Numbered from the stretch's first letter, positions 26,666 to 34,955 are shown. The stretch is 64,000 nt of DNA from Patescibacteria group bacterium (GCA_038064875.1 JBBTSC010000001.1:187004-251003); one strand, 5' to 3'. Numbers and translations are program-made. The notes: generated by a model from the sequence alone, not told the origin.

Positions 26666-27382
26666 TCAATCATACTTTGTTAGTCCCTTGATCTTTTGAG
26701 GAAGTTTACGACTATCTAGGTACGCTTTTGGCAACATAAGTTCAGGCTTCCAATTTTTAATAAGTTCTTGGAGATCAGTACCTGATTGATACTTACCGCT
26801 AAATCCTTCGTCACGCCCTTTTCCATAGTTACCATCTACTTCACCCGTATGGTGGAAGATAGCCTGACCGATCCTCTCACCTACAGGCAATAGCACAAGT
26901 TCGTTTTGGTTAAGGTTGAATATCTCTAACGTAAGCCTATTGATGTATCCAGGATCAACCCACCCAGCATCAAAACAAACAGCGATACCATTTCTCCCCC
27001 AGCTTGATCGAGATTTTATCTCATAAGCACCAGGTGGCTTAATGCCAAAGAATTCGTGAGTATGGGCCAAGATTCTCTCTCCTGGCTTTAGCGGTATGAC
27101 AGGATGATCAGCTGGTATGCCTTTTTGCAGAGCGAAGCCATTCTTTTCACACCACTCGGCATGAGGTGTTGCTTTTAACGCTCCGTCAAAATACCGATCT
27201 ACATCATTAGGGTCAAACGGATTGTATATCAACTTCCCGCTCATCCGCTCAGTTCTGTAATAGTAATAACCAAGAGTTACGTCTAGACTAGCGTGTGAAA
27301 TATGTTTCGAGTTGAAAGGAGTACAGACTATATGACCTTCTTCAAGTGCGTCCTTTATTTGCCTATTGCTAAATACTCCCAT
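26666..27382 (-). CDS. dcd: dCTP deaminase / dUTPase-superfamily protein
   Basis: N-terminal SNRQIKDALEEGHIVCTPF...ASLDVTLG and the GWVDPGY motif. Confidence 0.75.
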   Translation of the reverse strand: MGVFSNRQIKDALEEGHIVCTPFNSKHISHASLDVTLGYYYYRTERMSGKLIYNPFDPNDVDRYFDGALKATPHAEWCEKNGFALQKGIPADHPVIPLKPGERILAHTHEFFGIKPPGAYEIKSRSSWGRNGIAVCFDAGWVDPGYINRLTLEIFNLNQNELVLLPVGERIGQAIFHHTGEVDGNYGKGRDEGFSGKYQSGTDLQELIKNWKPELMLPKAYLDSRKLPQKIKGLTKYD

Positions 27383-27437
27383 AATTACTATATATTCTAT
27401 CTGTTTGCAGGGGTTGTTAGCAAAGTAATTCTTACAA

Positions 27438-27603
27438 TAACCCTGTCACCAAATAACATCCCGGCTTCAAACACGCCATTTTTGTCCAAAATCAAACAAA
27501 CTGTTTCGCTAGCGTAACTTTGGTTACGCCTTGTCGCAGTTTGTTAGTTTTGATCAAAAAATCATCATGTTAGACCACGGAAGCTTATTTGGCAACAGGG
27601 TTA
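27438..27603. repeat. 166-bp palindromic intergenic element, copy 2 (inverted relative to copy 1)
   Basis: TAACCCTGTCACCAAATAA (27438-27456) pairs with TTATTTGGCAACAGGGTTA (27585-27603), 17/19 positions. Internal pairs are CAAACAAACTG/CAGTTTGTT and apical GCGTAAC-TTTG-GTTACGC. It aligns end to end with the reverse complement of 17326-17489. Confidence 0.7.
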
Positions 27604-27612
27604 GGCTTGAGT

Positions 27613-28599
27613 TTAGATTTCTGAAGAAATAATTCTTACAGACGGCCCCATAGTAGTAGTTAAATAGATCGAACGTACATATACGCCTTTTACACTACTT
27701 GGTTTGTTGCTTTTGATACTTTCAAAAACTGCAGAAACGTTCTGGTTCAATTTGTCAGCACCAAAACTTACTTTTCCGAAAGCTAGGTGTACTATACCTG
27801 TAGAATCTACTCTGTACTCTACACGACCAGCCTTAGCTTCTGTCACAGCTTTTACAATGTCATTTGTAACAGTACCGCTCTTTGGGTTTGGCATAAGGCC
27901 CTTAGGCCCAAGTAATTTAGCAAATTTGGCAAGCTTTTGCATCATATTCGGTGTTGCAATCAATATATCAAAGTCAATTTCTTCTTTTGCAAGCTTGTTA
28001 GTAACAGCTTCCTCGCCAATCAAGTCCGCTTCAATCTTGCCTGCTTTTTCAAGTGCAGCATCATCAGCAAATACAGCAATCTTTAGAGTTTTACCGGTAC
28101 CTGCTGGCAAGACAATACTATCTCGGATGTTTTGGTCAGCGTGCTTAGGGTCAACACCTAAACGCACATGAAGCTCAGCTGTTGAGTCAAATTTTTTGCC
28201 AGCCGTTGCTATAAGTAAATCAACAGCTTCTTTAAGACTGTACTCTTTATTTTTATCAATCAACTTAACTGCCTCTTTGTAGGCTTTTCCTCTTCGTTCA
28301 ACTCTTGGCCGAGCAGGCTTAACAACCTTTTTAGGCTTTGGTTTATCTTCAGTATCAGAAGAAGTTTTACGTTCTTCTTTGGCAAGTTTTTCTTCTGTTT
28401 CAGCAATAGCCTTGGCGCTTCTTTTGCCTGATTTTGCTACCGTTTTTTCAGCATCTAGCTCTGTGGCCACGTCTGCTTTTTTATCTTCTTTACCTGCAGA
28501 TTTAATTGCAGTTGTTATCTCTGCAACTGTATTCTTTGCTGTAACCTCTAGACCTAGCTTTTTAGCTTCTTCTAGTAATTCTGGTTTAGTTTTTGCCAT
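27613..28599 (-). CDS. rplA: 50S ribosomal protein L1 with a ~100-aa N-terminal extension
   Basis: The C-terminal ~230 aa is L1 (DPKHADQNIRDSIVLPAGTGK...GPKGLMPNPKSGTV). The N-terminus is a Lys/Glu-rich tail beginning PELLEEAKKLGLEV (helix-extension-helix-like). Confidence 0.95.
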   Translation of the reverse strand: MAKTKPELLEEAKKLGLEVTAKNTVAEITTAIKSAGKEDKKADVATELDAEKTVAKSGKRSAKAIAETEEKLAKEERKTSSDTEDKPKPKKVVKPARPRVERRGKAYKEAVKLIDKNKEYSLKEAVDLLIATAGKKFDSTAELHVRLGVDPKHADQNIRDSIVLPAGTGKTLKIAVFADDAALEKAGKIEADLIGEEAVTNKLAKEEIDFDILIATPNMMQKLAKFAKLLGPKGLMPNPKSGTVTNDIVKAVTEAKAGRVEYRVDSTGIVHLAFGKVSFGADKLNQNVSAVFESIKSNKPSSVKGVYVRSIYLTTTMGPSVRIISSEI

Positions 28600-28654
28600 G
28601 TATTCCTCCTCGTGGTGCGAACGGCTGGTTAGCCTCCCACAATATTAATTAAAT

Positions 28655-28918
28655 TTATTTTCTACCAAGCCTCTTCGACATCAGAGTCATAGATCTGCCG
28701 AGTCGAGCAGTTCTACTGTGCTCTACAAATCTGGTATCTCGCCGTCGAGTACTTTCAGTATTTAGAGCATCTGCATCGATTACCTCAGGAACATCATCCG
28801 ACCTTGTTAGATCAAGCCCTGTTTCCCTAGCCATAGTCGCAATAGCTTCCATTGCTTTCTCAGGATGTGAGTCCTGGAAAGCTTCATGCTCTAGGGGTGA
28901 CTTTATCTTTCGTGGCAC
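28655..28918 (-). CDS. hypothetical 87-aa protein inserted between rplK and rplA
   Basis: GTG start immediately after the rplK TAA (..GAGGTAGAGTAAGTG..), with GAGG as RBS. Basic C-terminus (RTARLGRSMTLMSKRLGRK). No known motif. Confidence 0.5.
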   Translation of the reverse strand: MPRKIKSPLEHEAFQDSHPEKAMEAIATMARETGLDLTRSDDVPEVIDADALNTESTRRRDTRFVEHSRTARLGRSMTLMSKRLGRK

Positions 28919-29350
28919 TTACTCTACCTCAACGCCCATACTTCGAGCCGTACCTGCAACCATTTTCTTTACTGATTCGATTTCTTCAGCGTTCATGTCG
29001 CCAACCTTTGCTTTAGCAATATCTGTAAGATCAGCATCTGTTAATTTTTTCTCAATTTTTTCTGTATTAGGTTTTCCTGAACCTTTAGCAATACCTAGTT
29101 TTGCACGAATAAGATCGTCAGTAGGTGCTCCAACTACTCTGAAATCCATACTTCGATCTTCGTACACAGTGATATGGGCTGTAACAGTAACGTTACCAAG
29201 ATCACGAGTCTGTTCGTTAAACGGATTAACAAAATCCATCATATTCACACCGTATTGTCCAAGTGTTGAACCAACAGGAGGACCTGCACTAGCCTTACCG
29301 GCTGGGATCTTCATCTTTAAATTTGCTTTGATTTTTTTTGCTTCTGCCAT
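28919..29350 (-). CDS. rplK: 50S ribosomal protein L11
   Basis: IKMKIPAGKASAGPPVGSTLGQYGVNMMDF. Confidence 0.95.
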   Translation of the reverse strand: MAEAKKIKANLKMKIPAGKASAGPPVGSTLGQYGVNMMDFVNPFNEQTRDLGNVTVTAHITVYEDRSMDFRVVGAPTDDLIRAKLGIAKGSGKPNTEKIEKKLTDADLTDIAKAKVGDMNAEEIESVKKMVAGTARSMGVEVE

Positions 29351-29394
29351 GATTCCTCTACTAAAGTTATTATACCATTATTTTAATAATTATT

Positions 29395-29937
29395 CTACGC
29401 CTTTTTGACCTGTAAGCTATCAAGCTCTACCGGTGTTTCTCGTCCAAACATATTGACCAAAACTTTGAGCTTGCCTTTTGCTTCATCAATTTCGTTGATT
29501 GAGCCATCAAATCCTTTGAAAGGACCGTCGATAATACCTACTACTTCACCGACTTTAAAGTCGATGTTGTGCTTTGGCTGCTCTAGACCCATTCGTTTGA
29601 TGATCTTTTGCATTTCATCCTCAGACACAGGTGTTGGATTAGTCCCTGTTCCGACAAATCCGGTTACATTTGGGGTGTTACGTACGATATACCATGCATC
29701 TTCAGAGAGTTTCATTTGCACTAATACGTAACCTTGGAAGATCTTTTTCTCAACGACTTTTCGTTTGCCGTTTTTTATTTCAATCATCTTTTCTTTTGGT
29801 ACCATACAGTCAAATATTTTGTCTGCCATATCAAGTGCATCCGCACGTTGTTTGATACTTTCTGCTACTTTCTCTTCAAATCCACTGTAAGTGTGGATAG
29901 CGTACCATTGTTTTGTAGAATTATATTGTTTTTTCAT
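29395..29937 (-). CDS. nusG: transcription termination/antitermination factor NusG
   Basis: WYAIHTYSGFEEKV (NGN domain) and GEVVGIIDGPFKGFDGSINEID (KOW domain). Confidence 0.95.
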   Translation of the reverse strand: MKKQYNSTKQWYAIHTYSGFEEKVAESIKQRADALDMADKIFDCMVPKEKMIEIKNGKRKVVEKKIFQGYVLVQMKLSEDAWYIVRNTPNVTGFVGTGTNPTPVSEDEMQKIIKRMGLEQPKHNIDFKVGEVVGIIDGPFKGFDGSINEIDEAKGKLKVLVNMFGRETPVELDSLQVKKA

Positions 29938-30323
29938 TTCTTTAATATTACCTCTTTAAATATTTTATCTAGTCCGAAATCAAGCAAAGCCACTATAGTG
30001 CCAAAAACGGTCGCAAATATAATCACAGCAAATGAAAGTTTTATGGTTGTTCTTCGGTCAGGCCAATTAACTTGCCGTAGCTCGATGAGTGAGTTTTTTA
30101 TAAAACTTGGATATAGATTAACTTTTTTGCTAAGTATGTTACCGGCTTTACTGTCAGGTAACGGCAGGTGGTAGCTTTTTTGAAGCTTTGTCGGTAGTTT
30201 TTTTAGTTTACCAGGAACACTAACGCGCCGTATTCTTTTAGTTTTCTTTGTTCCAGTAGATAGCTCCCTAACTGTTTTAGAGCTCGATTTCTTTTTCGGA
30301 ACGCGCAAATTAACTTTTACCAC
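29934..30323 (-). CDS. secE: preprotein translocase subunit SecE with a basic N-terminal extension
   Basis: C-terminal ELRQVNWPDRRTTIKLSFAVIIFATVFGTIVALLDFGL. GTG start with AAGAGGT RBS. Lies upstream of nusG. Confidence 0.8.
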   Translation of the reverse strand: MVKVNLRVPKKKSSSKTVRELSTGTKKTKRIRRVSVPGKLKKLPTKLQKSYHLPLPDSKAGNILSKKVNLYPSFIKNSLIELRQVNWPDRRTTIKLSFAVIIFATVFGTIVALLDFGLDKIFKEVILKK

Positions 30324-30345
30324 TTGACCTATTACCTCTTAAATT

Positions 30346-30374
30346 TAAAAATCCTACTCTTCATATAGTAGGAT
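30346..30374 (-). terminator. terminator-like hairpin in the secE-nusG 5' leader
   Basis: ATCCTACT (30351-30358) / AGTAGGAT (30367-30374), followed on the minus strand by TTTTTAAATTT. It lies between the promoter and the secE RBS. Confidence 0.5.
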
Positions 30375-30388
30375 CGCCTTATTTGTCA

Positions 30389-30417
30389 ATTATATCTTAC
30401 CAGGAGTCTCAGGTCAA
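30389..30417 (-). promoter_or_regulatory. near-consensus promoter of secE-nusG (TTGACC-17-TATAAT)
   Basis: Minus strand: TTGACC at 30417-30412, a 17-nt spacer, TATAAT at 30394-30389. Confidence 0.6.
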
Positions 30418-30468
30418 CACCTCAGTAGACTTAATTTATTATGTCTAAGATATAGTTGAATATATAAT

Positions 30469-31947
30469 ATGCTTATGATTAGTGGGTTTGAGCTACAAAT
30501 TGGATTAATTATTCTCTTAATTCTTTTCCTATTTGAGGCACTTCTTATACAATTTGATATCTTCTGGAGAATGCGTAGATACATTTCTGTACTTCTGAGC
30601 GTCATATTGGGACTGTCTATGAGTATGCTTATTATGAACCAGACCGTTTGGATCATAATTTTGCTTATTTATTTGGGAGCAATCCACCTGATGCTGATCC
30701 TCAGACTTGCAAACAACAAGATGGAAGAACGTAAGAGTCGAGGGCTTACTCAAAGATCTTTTGTAAGTATGAATATTTTACTTATCATCGGCCTATTTAT
30801 TTCAACGTACGACGTAAATCATTGGGGGCAGGTGTTTCTCGTAATAATATTACTCCTTACTGTCTACGCCACTATACTTAAAACGCTCAAATCCAGGCCC
30901 AAAAGCATCGTTGCAGACACTACTCTTGGTAATCTTCCCACTGTTACGTTAGCCATTCCCTCACGAAATGAAAGTTATGACTTAGTTCAGTCTTTGGAAA
31001 GAGCGCTTAAGATTGATTACCCAAAGCTTGAGATACTAGTACTTGACGACTGTTCTGGTGCAGGTGTTAATGAAATAATTAAGAACTTTGCTCATCAGGG
31101 AGTTATTTTTCTAAAAGGTACACCGCCTGCTAAATACTGGCTGGCAAAAAATTGGGCTTACCAACAACTACTCCATAGTGCGAATGGCGAATACGTGGTG
31201 TTTGCAGGTGTTGACGTCAGGATGAACACAGATAGTATTTTGCAAATTATATCCAGAGCTCAGCAAAATGACCACGAAATGCTATCGGTTCTGCCTACCA
31301 GAACGTGGCAAAAAACTGACTGGTATTTATTGTTACAAAGTCTCCGCTATCACCGGATATTTTCTGGACTGAATCATATTAGACAGTTGCCTCCTCCACT
31401 GAGTAGTTGCTTTGCGGTTAAAAAAGAGGCCCTTGTTAAATCAGGAGGGTTTAACACGTGTCGTAATTCTATATATCCTGAAAAAGTTATTGCTAAATCA
31501 CTTAGTAGATACAGCTTTATCATCGCAAATAACGATATTGGCGTAAAAAGTGTTAAGTCATTTAAGGGGCAATTCAACACTGCTGTGAGGACGTATTATC
31601 CACTGGCTCATATGCAACCTGAGAAAGTTGCAATACGAACACTGCTACTAATTTATGCTGTTTGGCTCGTTATGTCGGACATTGTGACTTTTATAGCTGG
31701 GGGTAGCGTAACTAACTTGGGATTAATTATCCTCTTACTTGGGTTTGTTATTCATTGGATCGTTGGCTACGCTATTGTACCTAGAAATATTATAGTTTGG
31801 ACATGTCAGTTACCAGCCTTAATAGTAGCTGAAGTATTCATCATGCATTATTCTATGTTCAAATATGAATTCACTGACGTACTCTGGAAGGGTAGAAATG
31901 TCTGTATACCTTTGCTCCGCTACGAACACCAATTGCCAAAAAACTAA
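30469..31947 (+). CDS. membrane-embedded family 2 glycosyltransferase
   Basis: N- and C-terminal TM bundles flank a GT-A core: TVTLAIPSRNES...ILVLDDCS...FAGVDV. Confidence 0.75.
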   Translation: MLMISGFELQIGLIILLILFLFEALLIQFDIFWRMRRYISVLLSVILGLSMSMLIMNQTVWIIILLIYLGAIHLMLILRLANNKMEERKSRGLTQRSFVSMNILLIIGLFISTYDVNHWGQVFLVIILLLTVYATILKTLKSRPKSIVADTTLGNLPTVTLAIPSRNESYDLVQSLERALKIDYPKLEILVLDDCSGAGVNEIIKNFAHQGVIFLKGTPPAKYWLAKNWAYQQLLHSANGEYVVFAGVDVRMNTDSILQIISRAQQNDHEMLSVLPTRTWQKTDWYLLLQSLRYHRIFSGLNHIRQLPPPLSSCFAVKKEALVKSGGFNTCRNSIYPEKVIAKSLSRYSFIIANNDIGVKSVKSFKGQFNTAVRTYYPLAHMQPEKVAIRTLLLIYAVWLVMSDIVTFIAGGSVTNLGLIILLLGFVIHWIVGYAIVPRNIIVWTCQLPALIVAEVFIMHYSMFKYEFTDVLWKGRNVCIPLLRYEHQLPKN

Positions 31948-31960
31948 TAGGAATACTGTT

Positions 31961-33097
31961 TTATCCTAAATTTGGAAAAACTATAGAAAATTTCGAGCCA
32001 TGATTTAACTTGCTCTCTAAAGATATTTTAGCCTTTAATATCTTAGCTAATTTCATAGTAACGTAAAGCCCAAGACCTGTTCCACTATTTACTCTCGTTC
32101 TATAGTCTTCACTGCGGAAGAACTTTTCAAAGACTTTCTCTTGATCTTGGTTTGATATTCCAATACCTGTATCAATCACATCAACTAGAACTGAATCTTC
32201 TGCTTGAGTTACTTTAATAGTTATATGACCTTTTTCAGTATATTTGATGGCATTTGTAACAAAATTCTGTATTACTTCTCTAACATAGAGTTCACTAGAC
32301 GGCAGTAATCTTAATTTTGGATCTAACTCTGTAATAATTTTAAGACCCTTTTGTTTTGCCTCGTCACTATACTCTTTAGCTAATTTGTTAACCAGATTAA
32401 ACATATTTATAGGCGTTACTTCAACGTTCAGAGCGCCACGTTCTGCACGAGATAATGTGGACAAGTCATTGATCATCTTGCTTAAAAATATAGCCTGATC
32501 ATGAGCAGCATCCAGCATTTGAATAATCTTAGGATCTACAGACTTATTCTCAGCAACAAGGATTGCATTACTTATATTACCTTCGGTTATTGCTACAGGA
32601 GTTCTAAGTTCGTGACTAACTACGCTGATAAATTCATCTCTCTCTTCTTCTAGTGATTTTTCTCTCGTTATATCTCTCATAAGCACAACGAAGCCACCTT
32701 TGCCCTTTTCTCCGTAGCCGAGCCGTACAGGGGCTATGCTGATATACACATTAACTTCACTACCATCCGAATAGACAAGCCTGAGGTCTCTATTAGTGTG
32801 CTGGGTTTTTGTTTTGAGTATTTGGTCATCCATATTTACTTTTTGACCATTTTTAGCAATAAATTTTGCAACTTGACTCACTTTTTTACCAGTAAGATCA
32901 ATGTTCACGTCAAATAAATCAAGTGTTGCGCCATTATATATGACTATCTTTCCTTCTTCATCGACAGCTACCACAGCATCAGCCATACTATTAACCAGGG
33001 CTGAGAGACGTTGTTGTCCAAGGTTATCTTGGTCCGACTCATCTGCTTTTATTTTAGATGTTGCTTTTGGTGGTTTGCTGTCTTTAGATTTTGCCAT
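31961..33097 (-). CDS. cytoplasmic sensor histidine kinase (PAS-HisKA-HATPase)
   Basis: H-box FISVVSHELRTPV, N-box NFVTNAIKYT, G-boxes DTGIGI and GTGLGLY. No TM segment. Confidence 0.85.
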   Translation of the reverse strand: MAKSKDSKPPKATSKIKADESDQDNLGQQRLSALVNSMADAVVAVDEEGKIVIYNGATLDLFDVNIDLTGKKVSQVAKFIAKNGQKVNMDDQILKTKTQHTNRDLRLVYSDGSEVNVYISIAPVRLGYGEKGKGGFVVLMRDITREKSLEEERDEFISVVSHELRTPVAITEGNISNAILVAENKSVDPKIIQMLDAAHDQAIFLSKMINDLSTLSRAERGALNVEVTPINMFNLVNKLAKEYSDEAKQKGLKIITELDPKLRLLPSSELYVREVIQNFVTNAIKYTEKGHITIKVTQAEDSVLVDVIDTGIGISNQDQEKVFEKFFRSEDYRTRVNSGTGLGLYVTMKLAKILKAKISLESKLNHGSKFSIVFPNLG

Positions 33098-33136
33098 AAT
33101 TTACTTTTGCTATTATCTCATAAACAAGCATAAGAA

Positions 33137-33820
33137 TTAAATAAGGAGCATCTTTTTGTCTTTTAGTGTAGCTCGTCGTTGTTTGTAGTCTGGCATGTAT
33201 TCTTCTACACATGACCAAAATCTTGGTTGGTGGTTCATGTATTTTGTATGAACTAGCTCGTGCATTACGACGTAATCGATCAATCCTATCTCTTGACCTA
33301 TAAGATACAGAGAAAAACTAAGACGTTTATGTCGATCACAGCTACCCCATTTAGAACGTAGATTTTTAACTTGAAAAGCCGAATATGTAAGTCCTGTCTT
33401 TTCTGAGTAATATTGCAGTCTTTTATCAATAATCTTTGTCAACTCTTCCTGGTAGAGCTTTTGGATTTTGTCTGCCATATACTTTTGTGCTTTCGGGTCG
33501 TCCTCTCGGCCTGATAAGAAAAAGGTAAGTTCGTCCCCGCCCAGGATCACTTTATTTCTTTTGTGTGCCTGGCTCTTGATGGTAATCATCTGATTGGTGA
33601 ATAGCTTTGACCCATGCTTGATCAACTTGTTTTCAAATGTATGTTCATCAAGCCAATCTAACTTGGATTTTAAATACGCTTTTGCAAGATAGCTTGGGAA
33701 GCGATTGGGCGTAGAGAGTACTGCTGTGCCATTTGTACTGATCCTAAGCCTGAGATGCCTCTGTCCTTTTCTCTTTTTGATCTGGACTTTGTGATTATTG
33801 AGCTCAATGATATCTGTCAT
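33137..33820 (-). CDS. YgjP-like (DUF45/M48-type) zinc metallopeptidase
   Basis: C-terminal DYVVMHELVHTKYMNHQPRFW (HExxH). Confidence 0.75.
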   Translation of the reverse strand: MTDIIELNNHKVQIKKRKGQRHLRLRISTNGTAVLSTPNRFPSYLAKAYLKSKLDWLDEHTFENKLIKHGSKLFTNQMITIKSQAHKRNKVILGGDELTFFLSGREDDPKAQKYMADKIQKLYQEELTKIIDKRLQYYSEKTGLTYSAFQVKNLRSKWGSCDRHKRLSFSLYLIGQEIGLIDYVVMHELVHTKYMNHQPRFWSCVEEYMPDYKQRRATLKDKKMLLI

Positions 33821-34458
33821 CTTATAGAGATGTTGCGTGATCCACCAAGATTAGCTTGGGGCACAAGATTGACGAGACCGGGCTTTACAAGGTTTGCCTG
33901 AGTCTCAGCATGGCCTGTGATCCCAAGATCAAAAAGTCTCTTTAAGATTGCAGCTTTTTGAGTACGGAACGTATGTTTACCGCTGACAACAACATAATCT
34001 TCGTTGATTGGATTCTGCATTGCTTTTATACTATCCATAAAGTCGCTGTAGGATATAGTTGTTTCATATTTATTTTCAGATTTTCGTCGATCTATTCTTG
34101 ATTTTCTAGAAAAAGCAGTATCTTGATCCAGCTGAAACCAGACTACAAGACTCTTTGCTTTGTTCTTAACGGCAAATTCTCGAACCTTCTTCCTCTCACG
34201 AGCTTTTGACGAATCAATATCTAAGATAACTCCTAGACCAGCTCCTAAGAACTCTTCGGCGAGCAAGGTAACAAGCTTCTCAGTATTTTGCTTATTGTCT
34301 GAGTAAGGTTTGCCAAAGAACTCTTGTGAAATCTTTTCAGCGTACAAATGAACTAGGTTGGTAGCACTTGCGAGTTCTGTAGCAAAGTTAGTTTTTCCTG
34401 ATCCAGGATAGCCAAATAATTGAATAATAATAGGTTTAGCAATATTAACTTTACTCAT
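33817..34458 (-). CDS. P-loop NTPase / kinase-like protein
   Basis: Walker A GYPGSGKT. 4-nt overlap with the downstream metallopeptidase gene. Confidence 0.6.
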   Translation of the reverse strand: MSKVNIAKPIIIQLFGYPGSGKTNFATELASATNLVHLYAEKISQEFFGKPYSDNKQNTEKLVTLLAEEFLGAGLGVILDIDSSKARERKKVREFAVKNKAKSLVVWFQLDQDTAFSRKSRIDRRKSENKYETTISYSDFMDSIKAMQNPINEDYVVVSGKHTFRTQKAAILKRLFDLGITGHAETQANLVKPGLVNLVPQANLGGSRNISIR

Positions 34459-34576
34459 TGTCCACTATTTATACCAAATATTGTCGATTTTTCCAAGAGT
34501 AGATGGTAAAATTAACAGGGTACACAGCAATAATGCGGTAATCTACTTAGGTAGTGAAATTGCTGACGGAATATAT

Positions 34577-34651
34577 AGGGGCATAGTACAACGGCTAGTA
34601 TGAGGGTCTCCAAAACCCTAGATCGTGGTTCGATTCCACGTGCCCCTGCCA
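34577..34651 (+). tRNA. tRNA-Trp (anticodon CCA)
   Basis: AGGGGCA..AGGGU-CUCCAAA-ACCCU..CGUGGUUCGAUUCCACG-UGCCCCU-G-CCA. Cloverleaf folds and CCA is encoded. Confidence 0.9.
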
Positions 34652-34653
34652 AT

Positions 34654-34685
34654 AAAAAAGACTTACTTTGCAGTAGGTCTTTTTT
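34654..34685. terminator. bidirectional terminator between tRNA-Trp (+) and rpmG (-)
   Basis: AAGACTTACT / AGTAGGTCTT hairpin (one G-U pair), flanked by an A-run and a T-run. Confidence 0.6.
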
Positions 34686-34702
34686 ATATTCAACAAATTT
34701 TA

Positions 34703-34909
34703 TTATTTTTTGCGGGCTTTTACTTCGTTTCGACCGAGGTTTTTCTTTGTCTCAACATAGAGCACGTGTTTTCGCGCAATTGGATCATATTTTCGGAGCT
34801 GAAGCTTATCAGGAGTATTCTGTACGTTTTTAACAGTATAATAAGTCCTGTGTCCTGTTTCTTCAGACACCATTCCAACTAGTTTTCTTTTGTCGTTCTT
34901 CTTTGCCAT
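34703..34909 (-). CDS. rpmG: 50S ribosomal protein L33
   Basis: [53 protein letters not shown] matches the L33 pattern. Short basic C-terminal tail. Confidence 0.85.
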   Translation of the reverse strand: MAKKNDKRKLVGMVSEETGHRTYYTVKNVQNTPDKLQLRKYDPIARKHVLYVETKKNLGRNEVKARKK

Positions 34910-34955
34910 ATCTGTAAATTATATCAACTTTCACATGATTTATCAATTATTAAAA

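Noticed and set aside
28600-28654. An L1-binding regulatory mimic in the 55-nt spacer upstream of rplA (…GGGAGGCTAACCAGCCGTTCGCACCACGAGGAGG…).
   Set aside because: I cannot reliably recall or match the L1 rRNA/mRNA binding consensus by eye, so the claim would be unsupported.
30414-30656. 80-aa minus-strand ORF upstream of the secE promoter, considered as the gene whose transcript the 30346-30374 terminator ends.
   Set aside because: It is antisense to the N-terminal TM region of the plus-strand GT2 gene and has no RBS. The TTGACC-17-TATAAT promoter lies between it and the hairpin, so the hairpin belongs to the secE leader.
34478-34535. Possible third, truncated copy of the palindromic element (…ATACCAAATAT…GGTAAAATTAACAGGGTA…).
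   Set aside because: Only 9-nt matches to each terminus, the AACCCTGT part is missing on the left side, and there is no internal similarity. It is compatible with chance in AT-rich intergenic DNA.
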